This document shows positions 1-9,249 of a stretch of 64,000 nt of DNA, one piece after another. Both the position numbers and the translations under genes were made by a program. Each line of letters opens with the position of its first letter. Positions within the stretch are counted from its first letter, which is position 1. Origin of the DNA: Fimbriimonadaceae bacterium (GTDB lineage: Bacteria; Armatimonadota; Fimbriimonadia; Fimbriimonadales; Fimbriimonadaceae). Below the pieces are notes generated by a model. It was not told the DNA's origin, did not search any database, and saw only the letters and a program-made list of their open reading frames with translations. The DNA is taken from NCBI GenBank assembly GCA_024710805.1, contig JANJUB010000168.1, positions 929 to 64,928 on the forward strand. The letters run 5' to 3'.

Positions 1-1185
1 AAGGCGCGTTTCCTCGTCGAGCGACCCTATCATGCGCTCTTCATCAAGCAGCTTCTTATCCGTCCAACCGAGGAAGAACTGAAGACCTACGAGCCGGATT
101 GGACGATCATCGATCTGTGCTACCTCACCGCCGATCCCGCCACCGACGGCACCCGCAGCGAAGCGTCGATCGCCCTCAACTTCGCCGAGAAGACGGTGCT
201 CATCATGGGCACGCAGTATGCGGGCGAGATGAAGAAGTCGGTCTTCACGATCCTCAACTACCTGCTTCCGCTCAAGGGCGTCATGAGCATGCACTGCTCG
301 GCGAACATCGGCGAGGACGGCGATACCGCCTTGTTCTTTGGCCTCAGCGGCACCGGTAAGACCACCCTCTCCGCCGACGCCCACCGACGGCTCATCGGCG
401 ACGACGAGCACGGCTGGACCGAGAACGGCGTCTTCAACTTCGAGGGCGGCTGCTATGCCAAGTGCATCAAGCTCAGCGCCGAAGGCGAACCCGAGATCTG
501 GAACGCGATCAAGTTCGGCTCGGTCCTCGAGAACGTGGTCATGAACGACCAGCGCATCCCGGACTACGATGACGGCTCGATCACCGAGAATACGCGCTGC
601 GCGTACCCGGTCGACTACATCGAGGGTGCGGTGATCCCCAGCGTCGGCGGCCATCCGAAGAACATCTGCTTCCTGACCTGCGACGCATTCGGCGTGCTGC
701 CCCCGATCTCGCGACTGACCCCCGAGCAGGCGATGTTCCACTTCTTGAACGGTTACACTGCCAAGGTCGCGGGCACCGAGGCCGGCATCACCGAGCCTAC
801 GGTCACATTCAGCACCTGCTTCGGCGCTCCGTTCCTCCCGCTACGCCCGATGGCCTACGCCGAACTGCTGGGTGAGAAGCTGAAGAAGCACGGCTCTCAC
901 GTTTGGCTGATCAACACCGGCTGGTCCGGTGGCCCGTTCGGGGTCGGTTCGCGCATGAAACTTTCCTACACTCGGGCGATGATCCGCGCCGCGTTCGCCG
1001 GACAGCTGGACAACGTCACGTATCAGACGGATCCGGTGTTCGGCCTCTCCGTCCCAACCTCTTGCCCGGGCGTGCCCGACGAAGTCCTGATGCCGCGCAA
1101 CACCTGGGCGGACAAGGCAGCGTACGACGCGAAGGCGAACGAACTCCTCGCGATGTTCAACAAGAACTTCGAGAAGTTCCAGTAA
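1..1185 (+). CDS. pckA: Phosphoenolpyruvate carboxykinase (ATP), C-terminal ~394 aa; the 5' end lies upstream of the window
   Basis: Frame 1 is open from base 1 ([17 protein letters not shown]...). It contains ATP-PEPCK signatures: [11 protein letters not shown], the P-loop [19 protein letters not shown] and INTGWSGG. Stop TAA at 1183-1185. Confidence 0.9.
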   Translation, partial: KARFLVERPYHALFIKQLLIRPTEEELKTYEPDWTIIDLCYLTADPATDGTRSEASIALNFAEKTVLIMGTQYAGEMKKSVFTILNYLLPLKGVMSMHCSANIGEDGDTALFFGLSGTGKTTLSADAHRRLIGDDEHGWTENGVFNFEGGCYAKCIKLSAEGEPEIWNAIKFGSVLENVVMNDQRIPDYDDGSITENTRCAYPVDYIEGAVIPSVGGHPKNICFLTCDAFGVLPPISRLTPEQAMFHFLNGYTAKVAGTEAGITEPTVTFSTCFGAPFLPLRPMAYAELLGEKLKKHGSHVWLINTGWSGGPFGVGSRMKLSYTRAMIRAAFAGQLDNVTYQTDPVFGLSVPTSCPGVPDEVLMPRNTWADKAAYDAKANELLAMFNKNFEKFQ

Positions 1186-1200
1186 TCGAGAGAACAAGCA

Positions 1201-1227
1201 CGAGGCACGAGGATGGCTCGTGCCTCG
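1201..1227 (+). terminator. Perfect 11-bp stem / 5-nt loop hairpin 16 nt after the pckA stop (cgaggcacgag-gatgg-ctcgtgcctcg). It has no U-tract and is related to repeat family C.
   Basis: The two arms are exact reverse complements read directly from the sequence. Its position just after the stop codon suggests a terminator or stabiliser role. The missing T-run lowers confidence. Confidence 0.4.
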
Positions 1228-1283
1228 AGACTTGTGATCGCCCAGTTGCCACATCCGACATCCATGACCGGTATGCTCACGGC

Positions 1284-3941
1284 ATGGCGCGCAAGCAATC
1301 TCCGTCTGAACCTGTTCGCAAGCTGACCGAAGCCGACCTCAAGCGAGTACCGTGGCGATGTATCGGCCCGGCCATTATGGGCGGCCGAATCTCGGACATG
1401 GCGTTCGCCCCCGGCAATCCGAAGACCTACTACATCGGCTACGCAAGCGGGGGCCTGTGGCGCACCAAGAACATGGGCACCACCTTCGAGCAGCTGTTCA
1501 AGAACGAAGAGACCTCCAGCATTGGCAGCCTCGCCGTTTGCGACGCGCCCGCCGATTGGAAGGGATGGGATGACAGCGTCAAGAAGGCCGACCGCAAGGA
1601 AAAGGGCAAGGGACGCATCATCTGGGTCGGCACCGGTGAAGGCAATGGCCGCAACTCCAGTTCGTGGGGCAACGGCATGTACCGCTCGACCGACGGCGGA
1701 GAAAACTGGACCCACCTTGGCCTCGAAGACTCGCACGACATCCCGCGTATCGCCGTCGATCCTCGCGATCCTGACGTTTGCTACGTAGCCGCCCTCGGAC
1801 ACTTATGGGGAGCGAATGAGACGCGCGGCATCTACAAGACCACCGACGGCGGTAAGACTTGGGAGCGGCTACTCTACATCGACGAAGACACCGGCGCCAT
1901 CGATGTCACCCTCGACCCGAAGCAACCCGACACCGTGTACGCGGCCATGTACCACCGCCGCCGAACCGGCTGGAGTTTCGTCTCCGGCGGGCCAGAGGGC
2001 GGCATCTACAAGTCCATCGACGGTGGCAAGAGTTGGAAGAAGCTCGCCGGCGGCTTGCCGCCGCAGATCGGCCGCGTTGGCCTCGACATCTTCCCCGGCG
2101 ATACCAAGAAGCTGATCGCCGTCGTCGAGAGCACCTCCGAAGGCGCGAACAGCATCCGCGATGACCGCATGCGTGGCGGAGGGATCTTCCGCAGCGACGA
2201 CGGCGGCGAATCCTGGCGACGGCTCAGCGTGCGCAGCCCGCGCGCGTTCTACTTCAGCAAAGTCAAGTTCGACCCCAAGGACGACCAGCGGGTGTATCTC
2301 CAAGGCTGGACGACCGAGGTCAGCGATGACGGCGGCGAGACCTTCCGCCAAGGCTTCTCGGATCTGCTCCACGCCGACCACCACGCGATGCTGATCAATC
2401 CGGAAGACACGGATCATCTGGTCGTCGCGACCGACGGTGGCGCAAGCCAATCGTTCGACCGGGGACTCACATGGGACTTCCTCAATACGATGCCAACCGG
2501 GCAGTTCTACAACGTGTCGCTCGACGACAGTGATCCGTACCGAGTCATCGGTGGACTGCAGGACAACGGGACTTGGATGGGACCCAGCGCCACCAACAAG
2601 CGCCAGAAGAAGGACGATGCCCAGAAGGTGCCCGAAACCGGCATCACCAACGCCGACTGGCAGGTGGTGAACTGGGGCGACGGCTTCCACGCCGAGTTCG
2701 ACCCCACCGATCCGAACGTCATCTATGGCGAGTGGCAGGGCGGCAATCTTGTTCGCCATGATCTCTCGATCGGCGAGCGGCGATTCATCGCCCCGGAAGC
2801 CCGAGAAGGTGAGCCGCGATTCCGCTACAACTGGAACTCGCCGTTCTTCGTCAGTGCCCATGATCCGACCGTGCTGTACCATGCCGGCAACTACGTGTTC
2901 AAACTCACCGAACGCGGTGACAAGTGGGCGCGAATCAGCGGCGATCTGACCACCAAGAACCCCGATCGCATGGAAACGGTCGGCTCGAACGCCGAATCGT
3001 ATTGCACCGTGGTGAGCCTCGCCGAGTCTCCGGTCAAGGCCGGTGTGCTGTGGGCGGGTTCGGATGATGGGCTCATTCACGTGACCACCGATGACGGAAA
3101 GCATTGGGCCAATGTGACCCCCGATGTCGTCGCCGGACGGTACATCAGCCGCATCGAGGCGTCGAACTTCGATGTCGACACCGCCTACGCGACCGTCGAT
3201 GGCCATCGCACCCACGACTACGAGCCGTGCGTCCTCGTGACCACGGATCGCGGCAAGACGTGGAAGGAGATCACCGCCAATCTGCCCGGACGTCGCACGG
3301 CGATGGTGATCCGCGAGGATCGCTTCAATGCGAACGTGCTGTATCTGGGCACGGAGAATGCGGTGTACGTCAGCCTCGATCGGGGCGGTGAGTGGATTAA
3401 GATTCACGGCCAGGCTTTGCCGACGGTGCCGGTCTACGACATCAAGCAGCATGCGCGCGAAAGCGATCTTGTGCTGGGTACGCACGGCCTGTCGATCTGG
3501 ATCATGGATGGAGCACGTTGGATCAGCGAGCTCACGCCCGAGGTGCTGGCCAAGCCGCTGCACGTGTTCAGTATCGCGCCCGCGCGGCCCAAGTGGTTCA
3601 TCGAGTACAGCGGCCTGTGGACGCATAAGCTCTTCCGCGCGCCGAATCCCCCCGCGGGAGTTCGGATCGACTACTGGATCGACGCCTATACGGGCGACGA
3701 TCTGTCGATCACGATCGAAAACGCGAAGGGCGTGGTGGTGAAGAAACTGACCGGATCCAATGCCCCAGGCTTCAATCGCGTGACTTGGGACCTCGTCCCT
3801 GAGGAGTGGCTGCGCCTTCCGGATAAGGGACAGGACACACTGTTCCAGCAGTTCCAGGTCGAGCCCGGAACCTACACGGTCAAGATGAAGATGGGCAAGA
3901 TCGCCGCCGAAGGAACGTTCGAGGTCTTGCCGAGAAAGTAA
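1284..3941 (+). CDS. BNR/Asp-box repeat beta-propeller protein (sortilin/VPS10- or GH74-like)
   Basis: Start ATG at 1284 (MARKQSPSE...); the track ORF start at 903 overlaps pckA and was rejected. At least 8 Asp-box motifs of the S-x-D-x-G-x-T-W type are present: STDGGENWTH, TTDGGKTWER, SIDGGKSWKK, SDDGGESWRR, TTDDGKHWAN, TTDRGKTWKE, SLDRGGEWIK. Confidence 0.85.
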   Translation: MARKQSPSEPVRKLTEADLKRVPWRCIGPAIMGGRISDMAFAPGNPKTYYIGYASGGLWRTKNMGTTFEQLFKNEETSSIGSLAVCDAPADWKGWDDSVKKADRKEKGKGRIIWVGTGEGNGRNSSSWGNGMYRSTDGGENWTHLGLEDSHDIPRIAVDPRDPDVCYVAALGHLWGANETRGIYKTTDGGKTWERLLYIDEDTGAIDVTLDPKQPDTVYAAMYHRRRTGWSFVSGGPEGGIYKSIDGGKSWKKLAGGLPPQIGRVGLDIFPGDTKKLIAVVESTSEGANSIRDDRMRGGGIFRSDDGGESWRRLSVRSPRAFYFSKVKFDPKDDQRVYLQGWTTEVSDDGGETFRQGFSDLLHADHHAMLINPEDTDHLVVATDGGASQSFDRGLTWDFLNTMPTGQFYNVSLDDSDPYRVIGGLQDNGTWMGPSATNKRQKKDDAQKVPETGITNADWQVVNWGDGFHAEFDPTDPNVIYGEWQGGNLVRHDLSIGERRFIAPEAREGEPRFRYNWNSPFFVSAHDPTVLYHAGNYVFKLTERGDKWARISGDLTTKNPDRMETVGSNAESYCTVVSLAESPVKAGVLWAGSDDGLIHVTTDDGKHWANVTPDVVAGRYISRIEASNFDVDTAYATVDGHRTHDYEPCVLVTTDRGKTWKEITANLPGRRTAMVIREDRFNANVLYLGTENAVYVSLDRGGEWIKIHGQALPTVPVYDIKQHARESDLVLGTHGLSIWIMDGARWISELTPEVLAKPLHVFSIAPARPKWFIEYSGLWTHKLFRAPNPPAGVRIDYWIDAYTGDDLSITIENAKGVVVKKLTGSNAPGFNRVTWDLVPEEWLRLPDKGQDTLFQQFQVEPGTYTVKMKMGKIAAEGTFEVLPRK

Positions 3942-3950
3942 GGACGGCGC

Positions 3951-3983
3951 GGGTTTCGTGCCGGGAGACGCGGCACTAAACCC
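3951..3983 (+). terminator. 13-bp (one mismatch) hairpin directly after the BNR gene stop; no U-tract
   Basis: gggtttcgtgccg-ggagacg-cggcactaaaccc read from the sequence, 10 nt after TAA at 3939-3941. Confidence 0.35.
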
Positions 3984-4046
3984 CGGCTTGCCTCTCCAGC
4001 TTCCCCAGAAGCTCCCCTCACGCCGCCTTTAGCCCCATGCCGTACA

Positions 4047-6083
4047 ATGCGCGTCATGAAGCTACTCATGCTGGCGATGCTCGTTGGTCTCGCTGTCTCC
4101 GTCCCAGCCCAGGGCATCCACCAAGAAACCAAAGCTCAACGCGATGCCCGCATGAAGTGGTGGCGCGAGGCTCGGTTTGGGATGTTCATCCACTGGGGCC
4201 TCTACGCGGTCCCCGCGGGCAAGTGGGGCGACCGCACGAACTACGGCGAGTGGATCATGGAGTCGGCGCAGATTCCGGTCGACGAGTACCGCAAGTTCCT
4301 CGGTGAGTTCAACCCGACCAAGTTCGACGCCCGTGAGTGGGCCCGCATGGCCAAAGACGCGGGCATGCGCTACATCACCATCACGACCAAGCACCACGAT
4401 GGCTTCGCCCTGTACGACTCCAAAGTCAGCGACTACGACATCATGGCCACGCCCTTCAAGCGCGATATCATGAAGGAGCTCGCTGAGGCTACTCGCGCGG
4501 AAGGGCTGACGATGTGCTGGTACCACAGCATCATGGACTGGCACCATCCCGACTACGATCCCCATCGGGCATGGTCGAATCCTCAGCCCGCCGATGCCAA
4601 CTTCGCCCGCTATGAGAAGTATCTGCACGACCAGGTCAGCGAACTGCTCACGAACTACGGTCCGATCGGAGTGATGTGGTTCGACGGCGAGTGGGAGCGC
4701 ACGTGGAACCACGAACGCGGCTCGCGACTCGATGCGCTTTGCCGCAAGCTCCAGCCCAAGGTGATCGTCAACAACCGCGTCGATGTCGGCCGGGGTGGCA
4801 TGGCGGGAATGAGCGATGCGGGATTCGCCGGTGACTTCGGCACGCCCGAGCAGGAGATCCCTGCCCAGGGCATCCCCGGCGTGGATTGGGAATCGTGCAT
4901 GACGATGAATACCCACTGGGGCTACAACGCGTGGGATAAGAACTACAAGAGCACGACCGAACTGATCCGCAACCTCGTCGACATCGTCTCCAAGGGCGGC
5001 AACTACTTGCTCAACGTCGGCCCGAAGGCGGATGGCACCTTCCCCGAGGAGTCGGTCGTGCGCCTGAAGGAGATTGGCCAGTGGATGAAGGTCAACGGCG
5101 ATGCGATCTACGCGACCCAGGCCTCGCCCTTCAAATCGCTGAAGTGGGGACGCGCGACCATGAAACCGGGCAAGGCCCAATCCGAGGTGTTCTTGCACGT
5201 GTTCGATTGGCCGGCCGACGGCAAGCTGATTGTTCCCGGCGTGGGTAACGAGATCGTCGGAGCGCAGATTCTTGGCGCTTCATCTCGGTCAGTCGCTCGC
5301 AAGTCGGGTGGCGATGTTGTTGTCGAGGTCCCGAAGTCGGCGCCCAACGGCCACGCGACGGTCGTGAAGCTGACGTTGAAGGGGATGCCGATCATCTACG
5401 CGGCACCCGAGCTTCGCGCCGACAGCGACGTGTTCGTGAGCCGGATCCTTGTCGGAGTCGAGTCCGGCTCCCCCGATCTGGTCGTGCGCTACACGACCGA
5501 TGGATCTACCCCCAGCATGCGCTCGCCCATCGCGAAAGGCGTCGTCATCCTCTCCGCCAGCGGCACCGTTAAGGTGCGCTCGTTCCACAACGGCAAACCG
5601 GTCAGCGGTGTCACCGAGCGGAAGTTCACCAAAGTTCAGCCCTGGGCAGCTTCAGCCAAGCCCGCCAACACCGGACTGCGCCGCGAGGTGTACCGGGGCG
5701 ACTGGGATAAGTGCCCGAACTGGGACTCGCTCAAAGCCGAGAAGGCGGACGTGATCGAGCAGATCGACCTGAAGGGCTACGGCGCAGACGAGCACGTGGG
5801 CTTCCGAATCACCGGCATGGTTTACGTGGATGCCGACGATGTGTACCGATTCAATCTGCTCGCCGACGACGGTGCGAAGCTGTCCATCGATGGCAAGCTG
5901 GTCGTGGATCACGATGGCCTCCACTCCCCCAGCGACAAGACGGGCACCGCGCCGTTGGCAAAGGGTTGGCATCGGATCACGGTCGAGTGGTTCAACAAGA
6001 CCGGTGGCTCGGCACTGGAGGTAAAGATGGCGCGCTTGGGTGGTGCTTTCGCCGCGGTGAAGCCCGCGAGTTGGGGGCACTAG
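4047..6083 (+). CDS. Secreted alpha-L-fucosidase (GH29) with a C-terminal PA14-like domain
   Basis: The signal peptide is MKLLMLAMLVGLAVSVPAQG. GH29-type motifs are ARFGMFIHWGLYAVP, YITITTKHHDGFALYDS, WFDGEW and NYLLNVGP. The C-terminal ~130 aa (GFRITGMVYVDADDVYRFNLLADDGAKLSIDGKLVVDHDG) looks like PA14. Confidence 0.85.
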   Translation: MRVMKLLMLAMLVGLAVSVPAQGIHQETKAQRDARMKWWREARFGMFIHWGLYAVPAGKWGDRTNYGEWIMESAQIPVDEYRKFLGEFNPTKFDAREWARMAKDAGMRYITITTKHHDGFALYDSKVSDYDIMATPFKRDIMKELAEATRAEGLTMCWYHSIMDWHHPDYDPHRAWSNPQPADANFARYEKYLHDQVSELLTNYGPIGVMWFDGEWERTWNHERGSRLDALCRKLQPKVIVNNRVDVGRGGMAGMSDAGFAGDFGTPEQEIPAQGIPGVDWESCMTMNTHWGYNAWDKNYKSTTELIRNLVDIVSKGGNYLLNVGPKADGTFPEESVVRLKEIGQWMKVNGDAIYATQASPFKSLKWGRATMKPGKAQSEVFLHVFDWPADGKLIVPGVGNEIVGAQILGASSRSVARKSGGDVVVEVPKSAPNGHATVVKLTLKGMPIIYAAPELRADSDVFVSRILVGVESGSPDLVVRYTTDGSTPSMRSPIAKGVVILSASGTVKVRSFHNGKPVSGVTERKFTKVQPWAASAKPANTGLRREVYRGDWDKCPNWDSLKAEKADVIEQIDLKGYGADEHVGFRITGMVYVDADDVYRFNLLADDGAKLSIDGKLVVDHDGLHSPSDKTGTAPLAKGWHRITVEWFNKTGGSALEVKMARLGGAFAAVKPASWGH

Positions 6084-6103
6084 CACGGGTTCTTACTTTG
6101 AGG

Positions 6104-6127
6104 GCGAGGGATGCATCGTGCCCTCGC
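6104..6127 (-). repeat. Family-A hairpin repeat (7-bp GC stem with a CACGAKRCAT-type loop), inverted orientation
   Basis: The reverse complement reads GCGAGGG-CACGATGCAT-CCCTCGC. Same architecture as the copies at 9133, 33546, 33595 and 33658. Confidence 0.6.
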
Positions 6128-6204
6128 TAAGCGTTGTCGACGCAGGTATGCCCGCGGTGTGCTGGCACCCTTCGCGGTTCAGACTGCGGGTACAACCTTG
6201 AGCG

Positions 6205-7200
6205 ATGTCCGTCATCGCCACCCTTGAATCCGAAGCCCTCGCCGCCGTCCAGGCGGCACAAACCACCGCCGAGTTGCGGCAGCTCGAGCTTCGCTTTTTG
6301 GGCAAGAGCGGCGAGTACACCGGCCTACTGCGGCAGATCGGTTCGCTGCCCGCCGAGGAGCGTCCGACCTTCGGTCAGCAGGTGAATGAGGCGAAGGCGC
6401 GGCTTCAGGCCCGCATCGACGAGCGGATCGAAGCGCTCAAAGTCGGCGAGCGCGCGGCCCAGTTCGAGGCCGAGCGGATCGATGTGACGATGCCGGGGCG
6501 CCCGGTCGCCAGCGGCGTCGAGCATGTGCTTCAGCAAACCATGAACCGGATCAAGACCGTGTTCAGTGGTCTCGGTTTCGAGTACGTAGAAGCCCCCGAC
6601 CTTGAGGAGTTCCGCTACAACTTCGACGTGCTGAACTACCCGCCGGACCATCCGGCGATGGACGACCAAGACACGTTCTACATCGACGACGAGCACCTGC
6701 TGCGCACGCAATCGACTGCCTTCCAAGGCCGCGTCTTCGAGACCAAACAACCGCCATTCCGCGCATTTACGATCGGCCGCTGTTACCGCAACGAAGCCGT
6801 CGACCGAACGCACTCGCACACGTTCCACCAGGTGGACTGCTTCATGGTGGACGAGGGCATCTCGATGGCCCACCTGAAGGCGACGCTGGGGCTGTTCGCG
6901 CGGGCGATGTTCGGTGAGGACGTGAAGGTGCGCTTCCGCCCCGACTTCTTCCCGTTCGTTGAGCCCGGTGTGGACTACGCGATCTCGACGCCCAAGCTGT
7001 TCAACGGCCGATGGGTCGAGCTCGGCGGCGCGGGACTCGTCCATCCGAACATCCTCGAGAACTTCGGCATCGACACCGAGCGCTACAGCGGCTTTGCCTT
7101 CGGCCTCGGCATCGAGCGGATTCCGATGATGGCGTACGGCGTGGACGACCTGCGGAACTTCCTCGAAAACGATCTGCGCTTCCTGCGTCAGTTTGCCTAA
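6205..7200 (+). CDS. pheS: Phenylalanine--tRNA ligase alpha subunit
   Basis: 331 aa with typical PheS N-terminal coiled-coil and class II core motifs (HPAMDDQDTFYI, LLRTQSTA, GRCYRNE, FHQVDCF, FFPFVEPG, GAGLVHPNIL, GFAFGLGIERI). Confidence 0.95.
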   Translation: MSVIATLESEALAAVQAAQTTAELRQLELRFLGKSGEYTGLLRQIGSLPAEERPTFGQQVNEAKARLQARIDERIEALKVGERAAQFEAERIDVTMPGRPVASGVEHVLQQTMNRIKTVFSGLGFEYVEAPDLEEFRYNFDVLNYPPDHPAMDDQDTFYIDDEHLLRTQSTAFQGRVFETKQPPFRAFTIGRCYRNEAVDRTHSHTFHQVDCFMVDEGISMAHLKATLGLFARAMFGEDVKVRFRPDFFPFVEPGVDYAISTPKLFNGRWVELGGAGLVHPNILENFGIDTERYSGFAFGLGIERIPMMAYGVDDLRNFLENDLRFLRQFA

Positions 7201-7204
7201 GGCT

Positions 7205-7257
7205 CCCCCTCTCCGCGAGTGACCGTCTCGCGGGGAGGGGGCTGGGGGGTGGGGTCA
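7205..7257 (-). repeat. Family-B element in inverted orientation: a 15-bp hairpin followed by a G-tract. It probably also serves as the pheS terminator structure.
   Basis: ccccctctccgcgag-tgaccgt-ctcgcggggaggggg (one G-U pair), then ctggggggtgggg. This is the reverse-complement style of the CCCTCCCCAACCCCTCCCTCTCGCGGAG copies at 8417 and 9203. Confidence 0.5.
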
Positions 7258-7324
7258 GTTCCGGCACATGAGGAGCAGAGCACCAGGCATTCGCTGCCCC
7301 ACGTGAATGGATGCGTCACGATCA

Positions 7325-7353
7325 CGAGGTGCGAGGGTGGTGTTCGTGCCTCG
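7325..7353 (+). repeat. Family-C hairpin repeat (ATCACGAGGYGCG..GGTGG..CCTCG)
   Basis: cgaggtgcga-gggtggtgt-tcgtgcctcg. Aligns with 8523-8549 and resembles the 1201-1227 hairpin. Confidence 0.5.
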
Positions 7354-7370
7354 CCGTCTTAAAGCGCTGC

Positions 7371-8228
7371 TCACTCTACAGTTCCCCACTGGAAGTCGAT
7401 CGACACCTTCCACTCATTATCGCGGCCGTCTACGGCCGGTAGGCGCAAGAACCACTCAACCTGCTCGGGTGCATTCTCCTCACCTTCCAGCTTCACCTTT
7501 TTCCCCAGCACCGCCTTGTTCACCTCAACTGGGTACTTCCAGTTCTCACCGGTGCTGAACCGACCTCGGTCTTGTCGATACAAGCCGTAGATCGCCTTGT
7601 CCCTACTCTCCCATCTTAGGTAGGGCTGAAGTTCTTCGATGAGCTTCTTCGGATCCGATTGGGTGGGGGCGTGCTCTTTGTCATAGACATAGTCTTGAAC
7701 GGCTCTCTTGATGTCGTGGCGCAACTGGTAACGATCTCCCACCAATCCGCGATAAGGCTCAACCGGGATCAACAGGATCGCCAAGCCGACCGGCACCGTA
7801 GCCAGGTGCACGCCGATCGACCGCAGAATCACCTTCCCCTCGTGCGCTTCCTTGCGCGCACGATTCCAGATGAAGGACTCGAAGATCGCCGACGGCAAGG
7901 CGAAGATAAGCAAGAGCGCCACCGCGTTGAGGAAGAGGTTGGGGTTCATCGGATCCCCCACGAAGATCGTGTGCAAGGCAGGCGCGCAGCAGCCCCATCC
8001 CCCACACATCACGCCGGTGAACAAGTTGGCGAGAATCGACAAGCCGAGGCTCACCGGCCAGCTTTGCCCCAACCACCGTCCAATCAGCCATGCTTCCAGC
8101 ACAACCGTGACACCGACATAGGCGAACCAACAGCTCAGCTCGAACATCTCGAGGCCCAAGCCCATCGCGCCGTTCGCGTGCGCCGAAGCGGCGAGTGCCA
8201 GGGTGGCCACGATGAACATGCCCCTCAT
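7371..8228 (-). CDS. Hypothetical membrane protein: four predicted TM helices, a CGGWGCC motif, and a ~130-aa C-terminal soluble domain
   Basis: 285-aa ORF with hydrophobic segments and a coding-like frame. I recognise no family. The DNA is visibly more A/T-rich than its neighbours. Confidence 0.55.
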   Translation of the reverse strand: MRGMFIVATLALAASAHANGAMGLGLEMFELSCWFAYVGVTVVLEAWLIGRWLGQSWPVSLGLSILANLFTGVMCGGWGCCAPALHTIFVGDPMNPNLFLNAVALLLIFALPSAIFESFIWNRARKEAHEGKVILRSIGVHLATVPVGLAILLIPVEPYRGLVGDRYQLRHDIKRAVQDYVYDKEHAPTQSDPKKLIEELQPYLRWESRDKAIYGLYRQDRGRFSTGENWKYPVEVNKAVLGKKVKLEGEENAPEQVEWFLRLPAVDGRDNEWKVSIDFQWGTVE

Positions 8229-8416
8229 GGCGCATTATGTCCCAGCGGACAACCCCGCGAGGGTGCCTTTTATCACCTGAGGCTGCGGGTTGAATTCGTC
8301 CCCGCAGTCCATCCCGGGAAGAAACTTGCGGGACAACACAACCGCCAACCCTCCAAATCACGGAGCGTCTGGGTGGGTTCGTCCCCAGACAAGCCCGGGA
8401 CATATGGTCGCCGCCG

Positions 8417-8461
8417 CTCTCCCTCCCCAACCCCTCCCTCTCGCGGAGCGAAAGGGAGGGG
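8417..8461 (+). repeat. Family-B repeat (CTCTCCCTCCCCAACCCCTCCCTCTC plus hairpin)
   Basis: Near-identical 24-26-nt core shared with 9203-9226. The cccctccct/agggagggg arms form a 9-bp stem. The C-runs give a G4 motif on the minus strand. Confidence 0.6.
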
Positions 8462-8522
8462 CTTTCGCGTCGGGACGAGCCCACCGACGACCTCAGGGGA
8501 GATCATAGGCCCATCCCAATCA

Positions 8523-8549
8523 CGAGGCGCGTTGGTGGGTCGTACCTCG
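8523..8549 (+). repeat. Family-C hairpin repeat
   Basis: cgaggcgcg-ttggtgggt-cgtacctcg, preceded by aatca as in the 7321 copy. Confidence 0.5.
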
Positions 8550-8666
8550 CATCGGGTTCTGAACGACGGGAGGATTGGCCCGCCCTACTGCGAGCATGGC
8601 GGGAAGGGGATGACAGCAGTTTCCCCGTGAAGTCATCAAACAACCTTCTACCCTCGCAGTCGTGTT

Positions 8667-8981
8667 TCAAAGTGAAATCCTAATTGTCTCGCCATCGTCG
8701 CGCGAGAAGAGGTCTTCACCGTCAAGAAGTACGTGCTTTAGCACTGTGCCATCTCGGTCAAGGATTTGACACTCAAACGTTCCACCTCTAAAGACCTGTT
8801 CAGAGAGGACAGCTTTGGACCTTGCCGATATCGTATCGGGCATGACTCGTTCGCCAATCTTCACCCGAACTTCTCTTTGAGTGGTGTTCGTGATCTCAAG
8901 CCACCGTAGTTGGCTCCGGCAGCCGACTATTGTCAGACAGAAAGCGACACCAAGCAACCATACTGCGCCGAGATACTTCAT
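8667..8981 (-). CDS. Small lipoprotein, 104 aa, hypothetical
   Basis: Start ATG at 8981 (MKYLGAVWLLGVAFCLTIVGC, lipobox-like IVGC). The longer track ORF (to 9368) runs through intergenic repeats and was trimmed. GC content is visibly lower. Confidence 0.55.
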   Translation of the reverse strand: MKYLGAVWLLGVAFCLTIVGCRSQLRWLEITNTTQREVRVKIGERVMPDTISARSKAVLSEQVFRGGTFECQILDRDGTVLKHVLLDGEDLFSRDDGETIRISL

Positions 8982-9132
8982 GGGCGGCTCGCCGCCCATC
9001 CCTCCAATGTCGCCCGATGGCGGACAACTGGTTGCAGGCTCATCATGTTCATCATACAGGTTTCTTAGGGATGTGTCAAGGTGCGGAGTGAGGGCGCAAC
9101 GAGTGAAAAGTGGCCAGAGTCGCGCACTTTCA

Positions 9133-9155
9133 GCGGGGCACGAGGGCATCCCCGC
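9133..9155 (+). repeat. Family-A hairpin repeat
   Basis: GCGGGG-CACGAGGGCAT-CCCCGC. Confidence 0.55.
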
Positions 9156-9202
9156 CCTTCGTGGCTTTCCAAGAACGCGCGACCAGGCAAGACGGGATAC
9201 AC

Positions 9203-9244
9203 TCTCCCTCCCCAACCTCCCTCTCACTAGAACGAGAGGTAGGA
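9203..9244 (+). repeat. Family-B repeat directly downstream (minus strand) of the Pup-ligase-family gene
   Basis: ctctccctccccaacctccctctc, then the actagaac loop, then gagaggtagg. The core matches 8417-8442. Confidence 0.6.
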
Positions 9245-9249
9245 GCCGA

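Noticed and set aside
903-1283. Upstream extension of the BNR-protein ORF (track start 903)
   Set aside because: It overlaps the 3' end of pckA in another frame and translates to Arg-rich junk. The conserved protein begins at ATG 1284.
1869-3626. 585-aa minus-strand ORF
   Set aside because: It is antisense to the BNR/Asp-box gene, which has repeated family motifs. Its own translation has none and is Arg/Asp/His/Gly-rich.
8229-8666. 438-bp spacer as a possible ncRNA or tRNA locus; track ORFs 8273..8506 (-) and 8290..8508 (+)
   Set aside because: I found no tRNA T-loop or anticodon-arm architecture. The ctgcggg...cccgcag hairpin at 8283-8307 has an 11-nt loop and no cloverleaf context. The small ORFs are translations of family-B/C repeats (PLPFAPREGGVGEGE...). 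An ncRNA cannot be excluded, but I cannot support one.
8982-9249. Search for a Pup/UBact-like small ORF downstream of the PafA/Dop-family gene
   Set aside because: Hand translation of the minus strand shows only family-A and family-B repeat sequence. There is no acidic ~60-aa ORF and no GGQ/GGE-type C-terminus. The track ORF covering it (8667..9368) is just the upstream extension of the lipoprotein frame.
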